Assembly: GCA_026387835.1 (NCBI GenBank) | Contig: JAPLKZ010000011.1 | Location: 108,062-140,061 of the forward strand | Direction: 5' to 3' | DNA length: 32,000 nucleotides | Origin: Candidatus Saganbacteria bacterium | GTDB lineage: Bacteria; Margulisbacteria; WOR-1; JAKLHX01 | Shown: positions 24,449 through 32,000 of the stretch, in pieces | Numbering within the stretch: position 1 is the first letter of the stretch | How the letters are laid out: each line of letters begins with the position of its first letter | The notes under the pieces: generated by a model | The model's database searches: none | Seen by the model: only the letters and a program-made list of their open reading frames with translations | Told to the model about the DNA's origin: nothing | Translations under genes and position numbers: made by a program

Positions 24449-24515
24449 CCCTCACCCTTCCCTCTCCCAGCCCTTCGGCAGGCTCAGGGCGAGAGGGAGA
24501 GGGTAGGGGTGAGGG
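24449..24515. repeat. GC-rich long interrupted hairpin (REP-like) in a divergent intergenic region
   Basis: The sequence is CCCTCACCCttCCCTCTCCCaGCCCttcggcaggctcaGGGCgagaGGGAGAGGGtagGGGTGAGGG. It offers 9 + 9 + 4 bp of pairing. It is much more GC-rich than the surrounding AT-rich spacer. Confidence 0.75.
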
Positions 24516-24531
24516 TTAGAAAGATATATTC

Positions 24532-25917
24532 ATGGAAGAAAACGAAATTATCAGGTTAAAAATAGATTCCTTCTCATCGGACGCCAGCGGCGTGGCGCGT
24601 CTGAACGGGATAGCGGTCTTTGTGGAAGAAGGTGTCCCGGGAGACGAAGTGGAAGCGGAGATAACCGTTCTGAAAAAAAATTATGCCAAAGCAAAGACCT
24701 TAAAGATAATAAAATCCTCGAGCGACAGGACCGAACCCCCGTGCAGGTATTTCCACCTCTGCGGCGCGTGCCAGATGCAGCACATAAAATACCCGGCTCA
24801 GCTGAAATATAAGACTCAGATAGTAAAGGACAATATAAAAAAAATAGGAGGATCGCCTCCGGAAATAGTCGCGGACGCGACAGGAGCCGAAAATTTATGG
24901 GGATACAGGAATAAGATGCAATACCCTGTCCGCCAGAGGCGGATAAGTCAAAAGTCAAATGATATTGATGTCGGATATTACAAAAAAGGGACACATGAGG
25001 TGGTTGATATTGATGAGTGCATCGTGCTGCATCCGTTCTTAAATAAGATCGCTTCAGCCGCAAGAAAAGCGATAAAAGATTTTCGCGTACCTGTATACGA
25101 TGAGGACAGGGGCAGGGGGCTTGTGAGGCACATACTTGCAAGGGCGGGATTCAGGACAAGGGAAGCGCTTCTCTGTTTCATCATCAACGGCGATGAAATG
25201 CCGGGAGGGAAAAATATCGCGAAAGCGATGCTGGACGACCTTGACCGGAAGGAAAACGAATTCAAACTGAAAGGGATCGTTCTGAATTCTAATAACAGGC
25301 GGACAAATGTGATACTCGGCGAAAAGACGCGGCAGGTCTGGGGAACGGACAGGATCAAAGAAGACCTCGGCAGCCTGAGGTTCAATATTTCCGCGGCGTC
25401 TTTCTTCCAGATAAATCCGGCGCAAACGGAAGTGCTCTATAATACCGTGAAAGAGTTCGCCTCATTGACGGGAATAGAATCAGTGATAGACGTCTACTCC
25501 GGGACAGGTTCAATATCTCTTTGGCTCGCGAAAGACGCGAAAGAAGTCTACGGCATAGAGGAAGCGGAAAGCGCCGTCGGGAACGCGAAAGAAAATGCAG
25601 GGATAAACAACATCAAAAATGTTTTCTTTAAATGCGGGGAGGCGGGGAGGACGCTTAAGATGTTCAAAGAAGCGGGGTTCAAGCCCGATTTGGTAGTTTT
25701 AGACCCGCCAAGGTCCGGATGCTGCAATACCGTCCTTGAAAGCGTCAAAAATATGTCCCCTAAAAAATTGATCTACGTGTCCTGCGATCCCGCGACGCTT
25801 TCAAGGGACCTGAAAATATTGAACGACAGGTACGAGGTCAAAAGGATACAGCCTGTCGACATGTTCCCGCAGACGGTGCACATCGAGTGCGTGGCGCAGC
25901 TGCAGAAGAAAAATTGA
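24532..25917 (+). CDS. rlmD: 23S rRNA (uracil-C5)-methyltransferase, RlmD/RumA family (TRAM domain, 4Fe-4S)
   Basis: 461 aa. It has an N-terminal TRAM-like domain, cluster cysteines (CRYFHLCGACQMQH), SAM motif (DVYSGTGSISL), DPPRSG, and the catalytic VSCDPATLSRDL. Confidence 0.9.
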   Translation: MEENEIIRLKIDSFSSDASGVARLNGIAVFVEEGVPGDEVEAEITVLKKNYAKAKTLKIIKSSSDRTEPPCRYFHLCGACQMQHIKYPAQLKYKTQIVKDNIKKIGGSPPEIVADATGAENLWGYRNKMQYPVRQRRISQKSNDIDVGYYKKGTHEVVDIDECIVLHPFLNKIASAARKAIKDFRVPVYDEDRGRGLVRHILARAGFRTREALLCFIINGDEMPGGKNIAKAMLDDLDRKENEFKLKGIVLNSNNRRTNVILGEKTRQVWGTDRIKEDLGSLRFNISAASFFQINPAQTEVLYNTVKEFASLTGIESVIDVYSGTGSISLWLAKDAKEVYGIEEAESAVGNAKENAGINNIKNVFFKCGEAGRTLKMFKEAGFKPDLVVLDPPRSGCCNTVLESVKNMSPKKLIYVSCDPATLSRDLKILNDRYEVKRIQPVDMFPQTVHIECVAQLQKKN

Positions 25918-25970
25918 CCGGAACCCCACATTTTTTCTTTATATACTGGCAAAATCTATCAAAAAACATA

Positions 25971-25998
25971 TTGACTTCATATAGTTTTCACGTATAAT
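25971..25998 (+). promoter_or_regulatory. putative promoter TTGACT-16-TATAAT of the giant surface-protein gene
   Basis: TTGACT at 25971-25976 and TATAAT at 25993-25998. AGGAG at 26033-26037 lies 6 nt before TTG 26044. Confidence 0.5.
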
Positions 25999-26043
25999 CA
26001 AAATATACTGGTTTATATATCAGCAAAATACTAGGAGTTTTGC

Positions 26044-29000
26044 TTGAAAAACGATCCGCAGAATAAAGATCACGAGAATTATCAAATTCCGAGAGCTCTA
26101 GAATATTTATTCAATATAAATAGATATATCAGTGGATTTTCTTTCTCAAAAGCGGTTTTCTTCACTATCATCTTATTAAATATATTAATAAACAGCCTGT
26201 ATGCTTCACAAAATATATCAAAGACTGTTGATTATATCCTAACAAACTTCAAGAAAACGGAAATAGCGGCTAGGTTATCACATGTGAAGGAAGATTCCTT
26301 TGTAAAAAAAGGTAAAGTATTCACATACAACACAAAACATGGATATCTCGGTTCGTCACAAAGTGAAAACACGTTAAAGCCGGCGGAAAAGCAGGCGCTT
26401 GAAGCGCTGGCAAAAAGGGACGGGGCGGGAACAGACGCAGGAACAGAATACACCGTCAACAAAAGATATTTAGGCGGTTATACCATACAAAAAGACGGTA
26501 AGAGTATCTCGATAAAACCCGCCAACTTAATAAACAATCCAAACACTGTGCTTGAAGGCGGCAATCTCGTTTATAAAAACGTTCAAAGACAGACGGACGT
26601 GATCTATGTGCCGGGTCCTGAAGGATTTGAAGAAGTCTATCTGATAAAGAAGGACAGCGGGCAAAGGATCATAAGGGAGATCAAATCCTCAACAGGAAAA
26701 GCTGCTGTTGGTGAAAAAGGACAGATATCAATTTGCGGGATGACATTGACAAGTCCGGTGATATTTGACGCTAAAGGAAAAAGGGTCGAAGGAAGATTTG
26801 AGAAAGTAAAAGGGCAAGATAACAGGTTCGAGATATCGTTTAACAAAACAGGTCTTGAATACCCGATACTGATAGACCCGACATGGAGAAGCGCGAATAG
26901 TTTAAGTACAGCAAGATATTATCATAGTGCAACGCTTCTTCCCAACGGCAAAGTGCTTGTGGCGGGAGGAACCGGCGCAGGAGCTTCCTGTGAAATATTT
27001 GATCCGGCAACAGGAGCATGGACAAGTACAGGAAATTTAACTTTTTCAAGAGGGGATCACACAGCAACGCTTCTTCCCAACGGTAAAGTTCTTGCGGCAG
27101 GGGGATGGGGATATGGTGTCGGGCATGTACTATCTTTCTGCGAGGTATATGATCCGGCGACAGGGGCCTGGGCAAGCACCGGAGGTCTAAACACGGCAAG
27201 ATATGTCCATACGACCACGCTTCTTCCCAACGGTAAAGTACTTGTGACGGGAGGGTCAACAGGAAGCTCAATGATAAGCTCCTGTGAGCTGTATGATCCG
27301 ACAACAGAGAGCTGGTCGATCACGGGGAATTTAGGGACAGCGAGAGATGAGCACACTGCAACGCTTCTTTCAAACGGGAAGGTGCTTGTGGCGGGCGGAA
27401 ATAACGGAGGTACATTATTTTCCTGTGAAGTATATGATCCTGCGGCAGGGACCTGGTCAGGCACAGGAAGTCTGATAACTGCAAGATTTCGCTTCTCAGC
27501 TACATTCCTGCCGAATGGTAAAGTGCTTGCGGCCGGCGGGCTAACAGATTCTGTATACCTAACTTCATGTGAGGTATATGATCAATCGACAGGGACATGG
27601 TCAAGTACAGGGACTTTAAGCGTGGCAAGGTCCGGACACTCAGCAACGCTTCTTCCAGACGGTAAAGTTCTAGTAACTGGCGGACAAACAACAGGAGCAG
27701 GCAGGTTATCCTCGTGTGAATTGTTTGATCCGGCGTTAGGTACATGGTCAAGTGCAGGAAGTTTAAGTGCGGCAAGAACCGACCACACTGCAACTCTTTT
27801 GCCTAACGGGAAAGTATTTATCGTGGCGGGATTAGATGTCGGTATTTTAAATTCCTGTGAATTCTATGACCCGGCACTCGGGACCTGGGCAGGCACGGGA
27901 AACTTGGCCAGTGGAAGGGAAATCCACGCGGCAACGCTCCTGCCCAACGGGCAAGTACTTGTGATGGGGGGATATAGCGGAAGTTATAAGTCCTCCTGTG
28001 AATTATATACCCCGACACTCGAGACTTGGGCAGGTACGGGAGGTATGGCTAATACAAGAGGTTATTTCACGGCAACACTTCTGGCCAACGGAAAAGTCCT
28101 TGTGGCGGGCGGGTTGAATACAGTTGCCGGTTTTTTAAATTCCTGTGAATTATATGACCCGTCAAAAGGGACCTGGGCAGGCACGGGAAATTTAGGCACG
28201 GCAAGATATAATCACACAGCAACGCTGCTGGCCAACGGAAAAGTCCTTGTGGCGGGCGGGATAAATACTAATAAGCTTACTTCCTGTGAAGTATATGACC
28301 CGTCAACAGGTTTGTGGACAAGCACGGGGAGTTTAGGCACGGCAAGATATAATCACACGGCAACACTGCTTCCCAGCGGAAAAGTCCTTGTGGCTGGAGG
28401 TGTAACAACGCTTACCTCCTGTGAAGTATATGATCCGACAGCAGGTACGTGGGCAGGCACAGGGGTTTTAGGAACTGGAAGACAGAGTCACACGGCAACA
28501 CTACTTACCAACGGAAAAGTCCTTGTGGCGGGGGGAGATAACGGGGCCATCCCTTCTTATATCTCCTGTGAATTATATGACCCGACGGCAGGGACCTGGG
28601 CAGGCACGGGGCCTTTAAGCACGGGAAGAGTTAATCACACGGCAACGCTTCTACCCGACGGAAAAGTCCTTGTAGCGGGGGGATATGATGGCGGTTCATT
28701 TTTTACTTCCTGTGAAGTGTATGATCCGTCAACAGCTACATGGACGAGCGCAGGAAGTTTAGGCACGGCAAGATATAATCACACGGCAACACTACTTACC
28801 AACGGAAAGGTCCTTATGGAAGGCGGGGCAGGTTCAGATTTTTATGCTTCCTGTGAATTAGCAAGATACACGGAATATGATTACACAGCATACTCCAACA
28901 TGCAGCCGGTCATTTCTACAGTTGGAGGTTCGTCCGCGTTTCCGGTAAGAGTTGCACCTAATGCGGCTTACACTATAACCGGTACGGGGTTCAAAGGGAT

Positions 29001-32000
29001 CTCGGAATCCTCCGGAGGATCGTATCTGACTTCACCGACGAATTATCCGAGATTGTACTTGCAGTTTGCCGATTCAGGAGGGAATTCTTTTCAAGGACCT
29101 TCCGGGAATCTTCTTGACAAAACAGAAACAGTGTATCCGATGATATCCTCGAAATGGCAGAACGCGGATACTTCAATATCGTTCACAACGCCCAGCGATC
29201 TGCCGGAGGGATATTATCTTTTGACCGTAAATGCAAACGCAGTCCCGTCGGATTCAAAACTCGTATATTATTCAACGAGTTCCGGGTCGAACACAAAGAC
29301 AGTCACCACGGAAGTGATAGGTTCAAACGGTACGATAGATGCGTACGGAACGGTTGAAGTGGCAAGCGGGTCTGTCAATACATTCACTGTCACGGCGAAC
29401 ACCGGGTATTACATAAGGGACGTGAAAATAGATAACATTTCAACGACTGACGCGCTGAGCACGTCATATGCGTATACATTTGAAGCCGTCACTACCGATC
29501 ACACGATACAGGCGTCATTTGAAGTAAGCGGGATAAGGGTCTGGGACGGAGGAAGTACGACAAGTTGCAGCTGGAACGATCCGCTTAACTGGACCGGTAA
29601 CACGACGCCGGATGCTTCGACCAGCGCGTCATTTGACGCGACAAGCACGAAGGTCTGCACGATAGGAGCGGACGCGACAGTGAAAGATATTTATATCACA
29701 GCCGTTTACACCGGCAATATCTCTCAGGAAGCGAACCTGACGATAAACGGGACATACGAACAAACGGGAACTGCCAGGTTTATATGCGTATCTCCCGATA
29801 CGCCGCGCACCTTCACCTGCGAAAGTTTCAGCATACCTGATACTGCAGGCACATTCATGCGGTTCACGGGAGCGGGGACGGACGCAGTCCCGTACATGAT
29901 CTATGACGTGTTTGGGCTGCAGGCCATGAAGCAGTATTTGAATGATTCAAATATCAATTTCAAATTGAACGGAACAATAGAAGCATCGGTGACTTCAAAC
30001 TGGAACAGCGGGCAGGGGTGGATTCCGGTAGGTAATGACCCTAATTATTTCCAAGGCAAGTTCAACGGCAACAACAAGACAATAAACGGACTGTACATAA
30101 ACAGTCCTTCTACTAATAATGTTGGTCTATTCGGAAATTGTTCCGGAGAGGCGGTGATACAGGATGTTGGAATGACCGGCGTGAGCGTGACGGGGCAAGA
30201 ATATACAGGTGCTCTGGCGGGGTATATCACATTATCAACTATAAGCAACAGCTATATAATGGGTAATGTTACAGCAACATCAACAAATAATGGCGGCCTA
30301 GTGGGAATCGCCTTTAGTTCTTCAATAAATAATTGCTATATGACGGGTAGTATGACTGGGGCTGGTATGCGGACAGGCGGTCTGGTGGGAACTAGTTCTA
30401 ATTCCATTATCTCAAACTGCTATGCGACGGGATCTGTGAGCGGATCTACAATTGTAGGCGGTCTGGTTGGATTAGCGATGAGTTCTGCCCAGACCTTAAA
30501 CTGCTATTCGACAGGACAAATAACATGCACAGGTTTGTATGTGGGTGGTCTAGTAGGGGAGAGCATGGCAACAATCAGCAACAGCTATGCAACGCAGAAT
30601 GTGGGAGAAGGTACTTATCATGGGGGACTTACCGGACGAGATTTTGGCACCACAATAGAAAGCAGCTATTATTGCGGTTCTCCAAACAATGGTATTGGCA
30701 CTCAGGTCACTCCCGCACAACTGAAACAAAAGTCCACATTCTCAGGCTGGGACTTCAGGAATACCTGGCTGATAGACGAGAACAAAAACTATCCGTACCA
30801 TACATGGGAAGCCTGGAATACATATCCCGGATCCTGGACAACATTGAACAGCTGGAAGAAAAATCTGATAGTCCAGTCAGATTATCCAAGGACTAACAAC
30901 GACAAAGTATTCATAAGCACCGGAGACGCTTCAGTAACGGTGCCGTCAGTGCCAGCACTCGGAGGCCTGCATCTCGGTACAGGGGCGGGAACGGTGACGC
31001 TCGGTGGTGACCTGACTCTTGACAATGCCGGCACCAGAGAAGGAAGCCTTGCGATATACGGTGGGACATTGACCACCGAAAGCTACACGATAAGTATTGA
31101 CGGCAACTTCACGCACTCAGGCGGGACATTCGTGCAGACATCAGGCACGATCTCGTTTGAATCAACGACGCCGTCATCAATAGAAGGCAACACCACATTC
31201 CATAACTTCAAGTGTGTGATACCAAACAAGCCGCTTACCTTCGAGGCGGGATCAATAACGACAATAGACGCAACAGGAGCTTTCACATTGACAGGCACGA
31301 GCGGGAACAGGATATCTCTAAGGAGCTCGTCATCACCGGCCACGTGGGAGATAGACCCGATAGGCACGAGAAGCGTAAGTTATGTGGACGTGAAGGATTC
31401 GAATAACATAAGCACAGAGGTGATAAACCCGACGAATTCATTGAACAGCGGTAACACCACCAACTGGTTCACTGCTTGCACGATAACTTCCGAGGTCATA
31501 GGAGCGGGCAACGGTACGATAGACCCGTCCGGGGTAGCGGCAGTCGAATACGGGACATCAAAGACATATGTTGTTTCAGCGAACACCGGGTATTACATAA
31601 GGGACGTGAAAATAGATAACATTTCAACGACTGACGCGCTGAGCACGTCATATGCGTATACATTTGAAGCCGTCACTACCGATCACACAATACAGGCATC
31701 GTTTGAAGTAAGCGGGATAAGGGTCTGGGACGGAGGCGGAACGACCCGTAACTGGAGAGACCCGCTGAACTGGACAGGGAACACGACGCCTGAAATCACA
31801 GCAATCGTCACATTCGATGCGACAAACACAAAAGTCTGCACGATAGACGCGGGGACAGGAAGCGTGGAAAGTATCTACATCACGACAGGTTACACCGGCA
31901 ATATCTCGCAGGAAGCTAACCTGACCATATACGGGACATACGAACAAGCTGGGACTGCCAGATTCATCTGCGCAGATCCTTCGAATAAAACTTTTACCTG
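26044..32000 (+). CDS. giant secreted/surface multi-domain protein (Kelch propellers, IPT-like, B-repeat-like, PATR-like, GLUG repeats); 3' end beyond the window
   Basis: I translated the frame with position mod 3 = 1. It is open from the stop at 26032-26034 to the window end, so the ORF track misses it. The start is probably TTG 26044. The N-terminus is KNDPQNKDHENYQIPRALEYLFNINRYISGFSFSKAVFFTIILLNILINSLYA, a signal anchor. Next come a ~230-aa unknown domain ending YPILIDPTW, then 14 Kelch motifs and later modules. All minus-strand ORFs here are shadows. Confidence 0.88.
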   Translation, partial: MKNDPQNKDHENYQIPRALEYLFNINRYISGFSFSKAVFFTIILLNILINSLYASQNISKTVDYILTNFKKTEIAARLSHVKEDSFVKKGKVFTYNTKHGYLGSSQSENTLKPAEKQALEALAKRDGAGTDAGTEYTVNKRYLGGYTIQKDGKSISIKPANLINNPNTVLEGGNLVYKNVQRQTDVIYVPGPEGFEEVYLIKKDSGQRIIREIKSSTGKAAVGEKGQISICGMTLTSPVIFDAKGKRVEGRFEKVKGQDNRFEISFNKTGLEYPILIDPTWRSANSLSTARYYHSATLLPNGKVLVAGGTGAGASCEIFDPATGAWTSTGNLTFSRGDHTATLLPNGKVLAAGGWGYGVGHVLSFCEVYDPATGAWASTGGLNTARYVHTTTLLPNGKVLVTGGSTGSSMISSCELYDPTTESWSITGNLGTARDEHTATLLSNGKVLVAGGNNGGTLFSCEVYDPAAGTWSGTGSLITARFRFSATFLPNGKVLAAGGLTDSVYLTSCEVYDQSTGTWSSTGTLSVARSGHSATLLPDGKVLVTGGQTTGAGRLSSCELFDPALGTWSSAGSLSAARTDHTATLLPNGKVFIVAGLDVGILNSCEFYDPALGTWAGTGNLASGREIHAATLLPNGQVLVMGGYSGSYKSSCELYTPTLETWAGTGGMANTRGYFTATLLANGKVLVAGGLNTVAGFLNSCELYDPSKGTWAGTGNLGTARYNHTATLLANGKVLVAGGINTNKLTSCEVYDPSTGLWTSTGSLGTARYNHTATLLPSGKVLVAGGVTTLTSCEVYDPTAGTWAGTGVLGTGRQSHTATLLTNGKVLVAGGDNGAIPSYISCELYDPTAGTWAGTGPLSTGRVNHTATLLPDGKVLVAGGYDGGSFFTSCEVYDPSTATWTSAGSLGTARYNHTATLLTNGKVLMEGGAGSDFYASCELARYTEYDYTAYSNMQPVISTVGGSSAFPVRVAPNAAYTITGTGFKGISESSGGSYLTSPTNYPRLYLQFADSGGNSFQGPSGNLLDKTETVYPMISSKWQNADTSISFTTPSDLPEGYYLLTVNANAVPSDSKLVYYSTSSGSNTKTVTTEVIGSNGTIDAYGTVEVASGSVNTFTVTANTGYYIRDVKIDNISTTDALSTSYAYTFEAVTTDHTIQASFEVSGIRVWDGGSTTSCSWNDPLNWTGNTTPDASTSASFDATSTKVCTIGADATVKDIYITAVYTGNISQEANLTINGTYEQTGTARFICVSPDTPRTFTCESFSIPDTAGTFMRFTGAGTDAVPYMIYDVFGLQAMKQYLNDSNINFKLNGTIEASVTSNWNSGQGWIPVGNDPNYFQGKFNGNNKTINGLYINSPSTNNVGLFGNCSGEAVIQDVGMTGVSVTGQEYTGALAGYITLSTISNSYIMGNVTATSTNNGGLVGIAFSSSINNCYMTGSMTGAGMRTGGLVGTSSNSIISNCYATGSVSGSTIVGGLVGLAMSSAQTLNCYSTGQITCTGLYVGGLVGESMATISNSYATQNVGEGTYHGGLTGRDFGTTIESSYYCGSPNNGIGTQVTPAQLKQKSTFSGWDFRNTWLIDENKNYPYHTWEAWNTYPGSWTTLNSWKKNLIVQSDYPRTNNDKVFISTGDASVTVPSVPALGGLHLGTGAGTVTLGGDLTLDNAGTREGSLAIYGGTLTTESYTISIDGNFTHSGGTFVQTSGTISFESTTPSSIEGNTTFHNFKCVIPNKPLTFEAGSITTIDATGAFTLTGTSGNRISLRSSSSPATWEIDPIGTRSVSYVDVKDSNNISTEVINPTNSLNSGNTTNWFTACTITSEVIGAGNGTIDPSGVAAVEYGTSKTYVVSANTGYYIRDVKIDNISTTDALSTSYAYTFEAVTTDHTIQASFEVSGIRVWDGGGTTRNWRDPLNWTGNTTPEITAIVTFDATNTKVCTIDAGTGSVESIYITTGYTGNISQEANLTIYGTYEQAGTARFICADPSNKTFT
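26881..28860 (+). repeat. array of 14 Kelch-type repeats (coding, ~47-50 codons each)
   Basis: The consensus is W.(S/G)TG.L.TAR..HTATLLPNGKVLVAGG....(4-9)..SCE(L/V)YDP.TGT, seen 14 times in my translation. Later repeats share long identical DNA runs, for example tttaggcacggcaagatataatcacac near 28196, 28337 and 28766. Confidence 0.9.
29395..29552 (+). repeat. near-identical intragenic repeat, copy A
   Basis: It is 158 nt and differs from 31579-31736 at 3 positions (29505, 29514, 29517), all synonymous third positions. It encodes ANTGYYIRDVKIDNISTTDALSTSYAYTFEAVTTDHTIQASFEVSGIRVWDGG. Confidence 0.9.
31579..31736 (+). repeat. near-identical intragenic repeat, copy B (offset 2184 bp = 728 codons)
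   Basis: See copy A. Similarity continues downstream at a lower level to the window end (WDGG.TT..W.DPLNWTGNTTP...VCTI...IYIT..YTGNISQEANLTI.GTYEQ.GTARFIC). Confidence 0.9.

Noticed and set aside
24551-25425. Minus-strand ORFs of 196, 135 and 123 aa
   Set aside because: They are antisense to rlmD, which has TRAM, Fe-S and SAM motifs. Their Arg/Pro/Ser-rich composition is typical of shadow frames.
26232-28018. Series of minus-strand ORFs (76-154 aa) with internally repeated peptides such as YRWEEA
   Set aside because: They are the reverse-frame image of the Kelch repeat array. The + frame is open for ~6 kb and encodes canonical Kelch motifs.
26881-28860. Regular ~141-150-bp periodicity that could be mistaken for a CRISPR array or non-coding tandem repeat
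   Set aside because: The period is too long and variable, there is no short conserved repeat with unique spacers, and the whole region is an open reading frame encoding Kelch blades.
29395-31736. Diversity-generating retroelement (template/variable repeat pair) as an explanation for the 158-nt near-identical tract
   Set aside because: The three differences are G/A, G/A and A/G in mixed directions and all synonymous, not adenine-specific mutagenesis. No reverse transcriptase or accessory gene is present in the window. Both copies are internal modules, not a C-terminal variable region.

Overview
The window is a tightly packed bacterial chromosomal segment, mostly housekeeping. I call 31 protein genes (two run off the window edges) and 3 tRNAs. 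There is no rRNA, CRISPR array, IS element, integrase or prophage gene.

Gene order, left to right:
- Minus-strand block: rplU-rpmA-proB-proA-nadD, then an M16 peptidase.
- Divergent infC-rpmI-rplT, a DUF151 nuclease, and a low-GC SAM methyltransferase.
- Twin tRNA-Val genes, a small HEAT-repeat gene, an RRM-type RNA-binding protein, yqeY and rlmN.
- tRNA-Thr, tuf and a VanW-domain gene.
- hisC-gcvT-gcvH-gcvPA plus a UPF0280 (ApbE-like) gene.
- A small putative outer-membrane beta-barrel protein.
- An overlapping chain: M23 peptidase, ctpA, PGI/PMI, NDP-sugar pyrophosphorylase, hisD.
- A convergent PHP phosphatase, then rlmD.
- From 26044 to the window end, the first ~1985 codons of a giant secreted protein that the ORF track misses because it has no stop in the window.

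I do not see a recognisable multi-gene defence, secretion or mobile system. The features that ordinary annotation does not explain are:
1. A heptamer-array palindromic element in two inverted copies. The copies bracket tRNA-Thr-tuf-vanW, and one supplies the last codons and stop of rlmN.
2. The giant protein: 14 Kelch blades each with an invariant Cys, then IPT-like, B-repeat-like, PATR-like and GLUG modules, with a 2184-bp in-frame super-repeat containing a near-identical tract.
3. A recurring extended -10 box (TGnTAnnnT) placed 6 or 9 nt before ATG with no Shine-Dalgarno, suggesting leaderless operon-first genes.
4. A gcv operon that lacks gcvPB and is translationally coupled to a UPF0280 gene.
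5. A duplicated ~57-bp bidirectional terminator module around a small low-GC islet next to the tRNA-Val pair.
6. A GC-rich long hairpin in a divergent promoter region.

Taxonomy cannot be assigned from the sequence alone. The RRM protein, HEAT protein, PGI/PMI, UPF0280 and an outer-membrane protein ending in Phe suggest an uncultivated diderm lineage, but this is only a weak impression. All coordinates and alignments were done by eye and nothing was searched against databases.
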